Of a stretch of 64,000 nt of DNA, positions 53,692 to 64,000 are shown piece after piece; positions within the stretch are counted from its first letter, which is position 1, and every line of letters starts with the position of its first letter. The translations under genes and the position numbers were made by a program. The stretch is from the human T2T-CHM13v2.0 reference genome, Homo sapiens. Under the pieces are notes generated by a model. That model did not search any database. It worked only from the letters and a program-made list of their open reading frames with translations, and had not been told where the DNA came from. The stretch lies in NCBI RefSeq assembly GCF_009914755.1, contig NC_060937.1; one strand, written 5' to 3'.

Positions 53692-56444
53692 TTAACCACA
53701 GTGATGATTAAAAGACTTCAAAGGCAAACACAAAGTTATATAGTTGTAGCAAAACCTTAGCTCTTTTAGTAGAGCAAACTTAGTTTTAAGTGACCAAAAA
53801 CCTAACAAATACAACATGAACAACAGAAAATTATCTTGGTAAAACACAGAATCTCTGTTTCTCAGGTAAATTATCCAAAAGGTAAAAACCAACCAACCAA
53901 ACAACAACAAAAAAACCCTTTCATAATTTCCTATTAAGAGCAAACCAATACTGCCCCCCAAAATCCTTGTTTTGACACAGCAGCCAAATTCTAGTTACTC
54001 ATCAATGTCCTGTTATATCAGTGCTCAATTTTTAGAAAAACTTATAAATAATTTTCTTCTAATGTTAGCCAGCTTGATCTCATAATAAATTCTTTTCACA
54101 AGATCCAACTTCCACAAAGCTACAACCTTTCTATATCCTTTCAGATTTTTCCTATACTTTTCCTCTTTTTCATCTTAAAACAACCAGTTATTCTACTTTT
54201 GGACAAAAAGTACTCTCTTCCTTAACAAAATAAAACATACTCATAACGTATAGCTTTTTCTTTCCAAAAGCACATCTTACCTTCCTTGTATATTTACATA
54301 TAGACTAGTTTTTATTATGTCTATAATTTTAGTTATATTTATTATTTAGGTTTCATAATCATTAGTGACCTTAATTTCCACTGAACACTAGACAGCAAGC
54401 AATTGTGAACTTTCTGTCACACCAGAAATCTATGGATTGGCAAATCTATGGATCATAATTTCTAGAAGCATGTACTTTCTCATAGCACAAATTGTCTGTG
54501 TGGCACAAAACATATTTATTAAGAGTAACAAATATGTTTAATCTTTTTGTAATAAGAAACTGAAGAGGAATAAAGGAGGTAAAATTTTATCTCTAACCTC
54601 TTAGGGTTTTGGTTTGGTTTGGTTTTGTGTTTGCTAGGCCTGGGAATTAAAAATGTTTTGTACAGCTTTCCCTCATCCTCAACTTCTCATTCTTGATGAT
54701 AAGAATATTAAAACCTTTGGTATGGAGAAGGCATCTTTCACATGGAATTTTATGGTATTTATGTCTATTTAACTCACTTGTTTTTAACAGTTATTCTTAG
54801 GTTGTTCATGAAAGTGAAACACTAAACAGCTAACTACCATTTTAATTTAATTTTCTTGCAAAAACATTTTGTAATATAGATTTAATATAAGTTTATTTTA
54901 ACAGTTAACCTATGTTGGAAAAGTCATGCATCTGTATTATATTTAATATTGACAATTCTGAAGATATGCCTGTTTTAACCTAACCATCATTATTATTTAC
55001 CAGAGATTACCGAAGTCACATGAACTTAAAAAGCATTTGGGTTAGTTCTTATTTTTCTGAGAGAATACATAATTTGTATGAATGCCTATTTTTCTTTAAG
55101 CCAATTCAATAGAACTCTTTTACAATTGAATTTTGGCAATATTATGAGAAAATAAAAATATCATGCATATATATTATACATACAAATATACATAAACATA
55201 TACATAGACACAGATCATAAAGCTTTTATTTTAACGTTTTAGCCATGTGTCAGGTACAATAGTATGAGCATTTCATGTGCCTGGACTAAGCATGCATACC
55301 TCAAATCTTGCCTTATAATATGAGGCTCATTGGTCTTTTTTTGTTTGTTTTTGTTTTGTTTTCAAGGTTGAATGACAGACCAGTGTTTTTTGTTTGTTTG
55401 TTTGTTTGTATTTTGTTTTTTTCAAAAAACAGTTTTTGCAGCACAGCAAAGATAACAACAAAATGAAAGAGGAGGACAGGGTTGGCACAGCATATAGCTA
55501 GCAGGGATTTGTTAGAAAGGTTTCAGTCAACTGATAAGTCTACATGGGAAGCAGGATCAAATAGAGAAAAGGGAAAGAACTAATCCTTACAAATGTTTTT
55601 CTGAAACTAGTCCAAGTGTCAATTAGACAAGTGTCATTTAGACATTTCAGATTTGATATAAAAATGTCACTAAAGAAATATTCTAATTTTTTTTTTCTCA
55701 AAGAGGCAGGTTGATTATTATCCTGGTAGTGAAGCCCTTGGGTGTTCCAGTGGAGCACACCACTGCTGGGGAAACATCTAAGCCATAGATGGCTAGAGTA
55801 AAAGTGAAGAATTTCTATTTCAATGGCTTGACTGCTTACAATAAAGGCAGACATCTCAAGGCACAGGATTTTTCAATTTGGGAATCCCTTAGTTTTGGTT
55901 TCAAATATATGCAAGGAGTTCCTCTTAGGCTGTAGCTGTTGTATTGTCAAAGATATGCACCTGTTTGCTTTTTGTAAGGAGTTTCCCTACTGTGGCCACT
56001 GTTACTCTAAGTTACTTTTGGTGAGGTTTGCTCATTTCTCTAGAAAAGACAGATTCTGAGTTCATAGTTCTTATACAATTTAATTGGCTAAAGTTTCAGA
56101 TGGAGGGGTTTGAGACCTCTTGAATTCAGATGAATCAATGATTCTCTATTTTCTAGTAACCTTACCTACCTACTGAATTCAGTCGAGTTTTTATCTGACC
56201 CAGTCCAACACCTAAGATGTACCAACAGGATTCAGTCCTGTTTCTGTCATGAATTCCAAACCCAGTTCAAATAAATAATGCTTACATAAACTTGGAATGC
56301 TGAAAACACAAGTTCTTGGAGCTCATGTCCAAGATAGAACTCACCCAGGACCCCAGTTGTTCAAAGCGATTAATTAGTACAAGGGACTTGGTAGGTTCCT
56401 TTGGTCACTTGGTGCTCTTGGGAATCACTGGAGATCTACTTTAG

Positions 56445-56462
56445 ATTCCACTTCTGATACCA
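56445..56462 (-). other. Retroviral primer-binding site, tRNA-Leu(CAA)
   Basis: Minus strand TGGTATCAGAAGTGGAAT lies 3 nt from the 5' LTR; 16/18 match to TGGTGTCAGAAGTGGGAT, the complement of the recalled tRNA-Leu(CAA) 3' end. Confidence 0.8.
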
Positions 56463-56465
56463 AGC

Positions 56466-56873
56466 TATTTAAAAAAAAAACACTTTAGACTAATTAAATT
56501 CAGCAGAGTTTATTTTAGCAAAGAATGTTTGTGAATTCAGTAGCTCTCAGAACCGGGAGAGGTTCAGAGAGCTCTATCCTGCAATATGGGCAGGGAGGAT
56601 TTAGAGACAGAAAAGAAAGTAATGTACAGAAATAACTTGATTGATTATAGCTGGGTGTTTGCCTTATTTGGGCATGGTGTGATGAGGCATTTGCCTTATA
56701 TGGACATGGTCTGATCAATTGGCAGCAAGCTATTGGCTGAAGCTCAGATGCTATGATTGGCTGAACACTTGGCTATTCATCAGAAGAATATACTCTCAAA
56801 TTAGGTTTTAGTTTGTTATTTAGGAGTTCAAAGTTCTCAGGCAGCTTTCAGCCAAAATTGATTTATTTTAACA
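56466..56873 (-). mobile_element. MER57 5' LTR
   Basis: Colinear homology with 49837-50269 (agagtttattt, gttcagag, tttgccttattt, ggacatggtctga, attggctgaa, ctcaaattagg, ggcagcttt, tttaaca). Confidence 0.9.
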
Positions 56874-57010
56874 GTATTGAACTTTAATTCCTTTCCACAC
56901 ATTTTAAAACTTTTCCTTAGTAAATTCTTCTATTGCTGTGACATTTATTAATCACTTCACCTTTCACAGATTAAATAAATGCTCATGCATACATATTGAA
57001 TAGATTTTAA

Positions 57011-57338
<328 letters not shown>

Positions 57339-60057
57339 GTGCTTTTATCTCTTAGTATTAAATGTTTTGATCTTAAAACAACTGAAATAAATATATCTAG
57401 TGTAATATCTAAAATTAGGCAGAATTTTTCCAAATAACAGCTAATTTCCTTCAAACATTTGCTAGTTTATTCATACTTGCCCTAATGCTTTTAGTAATGA
57501 TTTCTCATCATATGTTGAATTCTTAATATATTTGGATCAAGATTTGAAATATAGGACGTGATTTTTAAGCTGTTTATTCTTTAAGCATCTTGATTTCATT
57601 GTTACAACTCTATGGCATTGTGTGGTATGTTAAAGAACACCTGCTCAATTGTCATTGAAATTGATAAACATTATTTTGGAAATTCTATAATGTCTTACAT
57701 TTTTGCATATTTTTTCATCTTAAAAATTTTAGATGTTCTTGTTTTCAATAATTTACTCTTAAAAAGGTCAAAATGATAAGATGGATTCTATAAACATGGT
57801 TTTAATATTCACAGAGTTAGTTATATTTTGGTAGAAAAAGGAAGCAGGGAATGGAATCATACTAGTATCAGAAGTAAATGTAGAGCGTATTTATAATAAT
57901 CATAGGATTGGCTAGCTGTAACATATAGAAAACTATATGGTGCGAATAATGATTATTTATATTCTCCAAACATCAGACAAAATATTACTTAGTGAAGTTT
58001 TAATTTTTTTCTCTGTTAAAAAGCTATAAAATCTTTTTCTGATAAAATGCTGTAAAACATTTTTCATAATTTATACTTCTGAAATGGTCCGTAATTTCTT
58101 ATCCAAAACTTTCAGCTACATCTTTTGCGCAAAATTCTTTAACTACATTTTACCAGTCTTGAAAATGTTCCTGAAAGAAATTAATGCTGTAAAGAATCAT
58201 TATTTGTAAATATAAAAATATTTTTATACTGAATAAAATGTTTTTATTTCTAAAATTTTCATATATATATAATTACATACATTTGAAAACTTAACATTTG
58301 GGTAGGTTCTCAAAGACAATGTTAAAAAGATATACTTACATGAAAAAGAAATATAATAACATTCATTCTCCAGAAACACTGTCTGCTGAATTTTAAAAGC
58401 ATTTGGCGATTAGTAATACCTATCCTCCTGTTTTATGAATATTACATATATTTTGATACTGGCCATGATTCCCTAAAGAATTATGCATTCTCTAAAGGAA
58501 GAAGAATTTCACTTTAAGAGTTACTTAGTGTCTCTGGAGGTAGAAATACTCTGTAGTTCAAAAACATAAATGATCCAGCTGTTTAAATAGCATGCCCAAT
58601 GTGCTCCAGAGGAGTCTTATCTTTTATGAAATGGCTAGACTTCCCTGAAATAAAACATGGTGGTTAGTCTGAGAACAGAGAAGCTGGAGTTTTTTTTAAA
58701 GATTTTCAAGCATGTTCCTCAAGAGGTTGAATTTTAAAGTAAGTGATGTATTTCTTCTTTACTCTCAGCATGATCTCAGAGACAGTTAGACTGCTTTAAA
58801 GTTTCAACTTTGTTAAAGAGACTTAGAAGTTTAAAATAGTCCAACAGGAGGCCTGGAAGTGGGAGGGCAAGTGGAATATTTTCAGGGTTGGGCTAACTTT
58901 GAAGCAAAACATGAATGGCATTAATAGTGCAATAAAATCTCATATCTACAGATCAGTAAAAATGTAGATGAACTTGAAAGATTTTGATTAATAGGGGAAG
59001 TGGTGCATTTTATTACAATATTTTTGTTATAACAAAACCAAATAATTAGCCACAATACCCTTAGTATGAGATTAATAACTATAGTGTAATTTTCACAAAG
59101 ACATATAATGTTGACCATTTAAGATATAGCTTATATATTAATCCAAAATGATATTGGGATATGGCTTTAAAGTGTATAATATTTTTAAGGTATTATGCTT
59201 TTATAATCAACTTATTAACTGAAAATGTACCTAGATAATATTGACTCCAAAGAAATCAAATATTATTTTGCACAATTAGATGTGTTGGGGGAGGGGTGTC
59301 CTTGAAGTGGCACTAACTATATTATTGATTGATTTGTCATTTTTAGTCAATTGAGGTGTTTTATGCTGAGTTTAGCGATGCGTAAATAGAGATGAGAAAT
59401 TCAATATTGGATAACAGGATTTTCAATTAATAACATAAAAAATTACATGCATCCAGTTAGAAAAGAGAGACATGATTAGTTAATTGAATCTATTCATTTT
59501 GTACTTATTTTTAAATTTAAAGACTTAGAACACTGTTAGTTTATCTGGATTTTCATTCAGTAGTTACACCAACAAAACTAAACCACAAATGCTATTTATT
59601 CTCTCTATTATGATCTCTTAATTTTAACTTTTAGTATTTCTGACTTCAAAACATTTTTCTCATATTTTTCTTCTGATTCAGTAAAATTAAATTTTCAGGT
59701 AAATTCGTATCAAAAGGTGTCAAGATTTTTTTTATTTTCTAAGATATTTAATATGTGGGATTTAAATGGTGAATTCTGGCATCTATGTTAAATCCTATTT
59801 TATTGATTTATCATAAATTTATTTAGCCTAGTATGATTATTTTGAATTCTACGTAATTATATCTCACAGATATGAGTTATCCACCCGTTACACAAATATA
59901 TGCTTTGATCTTCACTCAAAACATTAAAGAAAATACACAACAATTTATATAACTTGTTCATAATATAATTTCAGAGATACTCCAGTATCTTCCTTCTTCA
60001 TTTTTTGCTTGCTTTAATTAAACCATTAATTATAAAATATTTATGAAAAACTAATTA

Positions 60058-61188
60058 CTGTCAATTCTTGTTATTTGTGGTAGGTATGTCGTGTAATGTC
60101 ATGTGAACACTGAATTAGCAAACAGCCAATCGTTCTTAGCGAAAATTCAGGATTCGTTTCCTGCAAGCCTCTGGTCAAGCATTTCCATCAGCCAATCAAT
60201 ATATCAACTTATTTTATGTTCTGTTTAAAGACATCTTGCTTAATATATATTATGGTTTCAGTAACCTTGAACTCACTGCCAACAGCACTATAACTTATGC
60301 CTGAAGGAAGATTATCAAATGTAGGTATTTTCCTGGCAAGGCCCATCACAGCCTTCTTAAACTTTGGAAATTCACACAACACTTCAGCATTACTCTTGGG
60401 GGTCGTGTTAAGCTGCAAAATCAGCAGGAAAATGCATAACAGTGAAAAAGAAAACCATGGCACTAAATAGACCATAAGAAGGACACTTTCTCACAGTATC
60501 AGAGCTTAAACAAGACCACTGAGCACCTCAGCTGGCAATGTGTGCTTTGGGTGTTGCAAGTTGCTTGTTTCTCTGCTCATGTGCTGTCCACAAATGACCA
60601 GGAAAGTGCAGAGAGCTTGATTTTAGAATTAGAAATGTTAGGCAAAGTAACAAACTGTTGGCTAATTTCTGCCTGCCAACATAATTTCACAAAGCCCCAG
60701 ATTCTGTGAGGAGGTGCAGCTCTCCCAAAAGATGCTTTGAAGACAAAACAGGAGAGAGCACGTGGTCTACTCTATGTATTGCCTGAGTTACTGTATTCCT
60801 GAAACAATAAGTGTCCCTAGCCTTGCCTTTTCCTACACATAAGATATTGTCTGATGGGAATAGTGATTATGCCTCTTCTAATATACAACCTGATGTACTC
60901 TTACACCCAAACCTTGATGAGATTCTGCTGTAATGTAACATCTGAGCAAGTGTGATGTGATTTTCACATAGTGAACTCTCAGCACCTGTATGTAAGCAGT
61001 GGGGTGAAATACTGTGCTGGAACAGTCTAACAGAACTGCTCATGGGATAAAGTCACCAGTAAGACTTCTGAATGAAACTGTCTTTAATTCTTTAAAAGCT
61101 TGACTCGTTTTTCTTTAGTCAATATAAATAACTTTAAGAACTAGGAGAATTCACAGATACAAATTCTGCAAGTGATCAGGATTGACCG
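60058..61188. mobile_element. MER82-like Tc-mariner (Tigger) MITE split by an LTR
   Basis: gaacactgaattagc...cctgcaagcctctggtca...gaactcactgccaacagcactataact...ggcactaaatagacc; resumes after 61124 and ends caggattgaccg. Confidence 0.82.
60636..61124 (+). mobile_element. ERV1 (MER4-group-like) solo LTR, subfamily not assigned
   Basis: ~490-nt insert starting TGTT that interrupts MER82 precisely; flanks gaaa/taaa; LTR-like 3' end taagacttctgaatgaaact...ttctttagtcaata. Confidence 0.6.
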
Positions 61189-61309
61189 TTTAAGGTAGGC
61201 ACTATCCTAACTGCTGCAGAGACAAAGTTAAATAAGATCTATGCCTTCAAAGATCCTTAATTTTTCAGTATAAGGGAAACTTCAATACTCATAAATGTTT
61301 TGTAACTTA

Positions 61310-63260
61310 TTTTCTTCACTGTTTAAACATATATTTGTTAAGTGCTGACTATGCATTAATCACTTTGCTATTTGCTGCAGGTATGTCAGGGATCAAAAAA
61401 AGAAAATGTGCAATTTCTGGTCAGCACAAAGACCCTACTGAGAGATATGGGCCAGCAAAAAGACAAGCAGTGTGATATTCTGAACTGGAAAGCCTAGAAT
61501 ACAAATGGGAGACATGAAAGCAGTATCCAACATATATGATGGGTTAATAATGACATCTTAGTGGACATGATCTTAAAGCTGAAACTTGAAAAAATATGAA
61601 TTTTAAAATTACCAAGTAGAAAGTCAGTGGACACAAGTAAACAAAACATATATTTAATGGGTTTGAGGTGAGGAACAGCAATTGAAAGTAGCACAGTATA
61701 GCAATTGGCAGTGGGATGTGAGGAAAGTTAATGCATGAGAATTATTGGTAAATGGAAAAGGGAATGATAAAGAAGGAGCAGTGATATAAATTAATCTAGA
61801 AATGCAGGCAGAGGTGATCATGAAAGGTATAAAAGGCATTAATTTAAATGCCTGTCATGAAATGCAGGCAGGGGTGATCATAAAAGGCATTAATTTAAAT
61901 TAGTTTAAGGAGTTGTCAGTTTTTCCTGAGAGCAAGAAGATTAATAAATATAAAAACAAAATGATTGGAATTAATTTGTATAAGGATTGTTTGGTTCTAG
62001 ATTTGAGATTCATTGAGGATTTGATGGGTGAGGTAGGGCAGGGCCACAATGAGTAAAGGCTGTTTTAGTAATACTAATGAGAGAAAATGTGTAGTGGCCT
62101 GAATTAGGATAATGACAGTGAAGATCAAGACCAATGGATTATTTTAAAAGCTATTTAAGAGTTGAAGTCAACTAGAGTTGGTTATTGATTGGATGTGAAT
62201 AGTGGTTGTTGGGAGAAGCATTCTACCTTGGACTCTGAGGATTATGGTTGCAGAAAGTAAGCTTTAGGGATGAAATAAACAGCAGGACTACTAAATACTC
62301 ACTGTAAAAGCAGTAAATTCCTCAAACTCAGTTTTGTCTGTTTTAATGCAACACACTGAGTGGGCTGTATCTCTCTGGGTTGATCTGCATTGCCCCCATG
62401 GAATTTGAGGGTCATGGTGAACTGGTGTAGAAGCTCCAAATACTTTTGTCTTAAATAATAACTTCTTTTGTCTCTGACTCAGAAGCCACCAATCCTCTAC
62501 CTATATCCATCAAGTAGTAACAGACCAGTTTGTTAGGTTAAAAATAGGGTAAATTCCAAGGCCTTTCAGAGTTCCTAACAGTGGTTAATTAAGCACGTCT
62601 GAAAAATTTTTCAGTAACCAAAGATCACTGGAACAGGGAACACAGGATGGAGGATGAGCTTAAGTGAGAAGAAAACAAAATCTGTTTTAGAAATTTTGAA
62701 CTTGAAGTGTTGAAAGCACACACAAGAAGAGATGCCCAACAGACAGTTGGATGTATAGAAAAGTGGACAAGAAGATAGATTTAAAAAGTAGGGATTCTAA
62801 GATTACAATTTAATGAATAGAATAATATGAGAAAACCTAGCATGAACATATAGACTGATTAAAAACAGTTTATGCAACAGAGTTTTGAGCCATGTAAACA
62901 TTTATGGGACAGTAGAGAGAAACACATTTCAGTGTGTCTGAAACATAAGTGTTTGGAGTACAGGATAGCAGGCAATAGAATGGTTTAAGAAGAAAGTGCT
63001 GTATAGAGTGAAATCATACTAACACTTCAACATGACAGTTATGCATGGCAACATGAAGGGCATTGATAATTTAGCACGAACACTTTTATAGATTTGATGG
63101 AAGTGAAAACCAGAAAATAATAGGTTGTGCATTGAATGGGCTGAGAAGTAAAAATAAGTTGTTATGAAGGAAAAGAATGTAATATGGTAATGGAGAAGAA
63201 TATAAGATTACAGGAGTATGTTTCCTAAAGTGAAAAAGATCTGAGCATATTTTGGTCTAA
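61310..63260 (-). mobile_element. L2 LINE fragments
   Basis: L2 3' end aacatatttgttaagtgctgactatgc and purine-rich antisense body (ggcctgaattaggataatgacagtgaaga, cagacagttggatgtataga). Confidence 0.65.
62207..62580 (+). mobile_element. LTR40-like (ERVL) solo LTR inserted in L2
   Basis: tgttgggaga...ttgtctctgactcagaag...agggtaaattccaaggcctttcagagttcctaaca; perfect 5-bp TSD gtggt. Confidence 0.8.
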
Positions 63261-63899
63261 TGTGGATAAAGAAAGTATGTTTTGCAGCAAAAGTTGAGAA
63301 AGGTACTTTCCCTTGGCCTCCATTTTTCTCAGGGCTGTGAAAAGGAGAGTTCATCAGCAGAGAGAGGAGGCAGGTGAGAAAGTCAGAAGTTTGATGGTAG
63401 TGGATAAAATTTAAAAGAGTTGCTGTTTAGAACAAGAGAGAGCTGCCTGAACATATGAAATAGGATTCTTGAGTGGTTTGAGGGGACAGTTGCTGTTGAA
63501 GACCACGTGTAAAGGCATTTGAGGTTCTGTATGATATTTCTAAGGCAGCCCTCAGCATATGGTAGATTCATTCTATAATGTACATAAGAAATAAGAGACC
63601 TTTAAATTCATGGGGTGGAGTGGCTTTTCACAAAGTGGTAGGACAGAAAAGCAATGAAACAACTTACATGGATATATTGGCAAAAGAAAGGTTAGATGAT
63701 AAGTCTTAAGTATATATTTAGCTGAGCAGGGAAGATAGAAACCTGAAGAAAAAATATTAGAATAGTTGAAAAGCCTGGATATTTTATTGAGATTGAGAAA
63801 ATTACTAGTGGGGGTAATTTAAGGGGCAAATTAGATGATGAAGAAATTATATTATGAATTGAGATATTGCATTTGGATTTCACATAAAGTAGTTCTAAT

Positions 63900-64000
63900 T
63901 CCTTTACTTAACAAATACATATTGAGATCCCATATATGCTGAGAACTATTTTAGGTGCTAGAGGTATATCAGTGTAAGAAAAAGCCACACTGTCTCCACT
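63900..64000 (-). mobile_element. L2 3' end fragment
   Basis: tttacttaacaaatacatattgagatcccatatatgctgagaactattttaggtgctagag. Confidence 0.55.

Noticed and set aside
56445-56462. tRNA-Leu-like sequence as a tRNA gene
   Set aside because: Only the 18-nt 3' end is present, adjacent to an LTR, so it is a retroviral PBS

Overview
This is AT-rich, CpG-poor primate (catarrhine, probably human) non-coding DNA, either a gene desert or a large intron. I find no supportable host protein-coding exon, RNA gene or CpG island; the supplied ORFs are chance, repeat-derived or retroviral relics. The window is dominated by transposable-element fossils. There are two near-full-length, heavily decayed ERV1-class proviruses: a MER67/MER31-like one on + (~5.8-13.8 kb) with RT, RNase H and integrase remnants, and a MER57-like one on - (49.8-56.9 kb) with paired LTRs, a tRNA-Leu(CAA) PBS and an env TM immunosuppressive-domain remnant. 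There are also five full-length Alus plus a mini-Alu, MaLR/ERVL solo LTRs, L1/L2/MIR fragments, hAT/Tc-mariner MITEs and microsatellites. The most notable structure is an apparent ancient L1PB-mediated 3' transduction (26011-27042): a 15-bp TSD brackets a short L1 3' end plus a captured MST LTR that was polyadenylated at the LTR's own poly(A) signal. I do not see evidence for a new functional biological system. Repeat family names are from recalled consensus sequences, not a database search.
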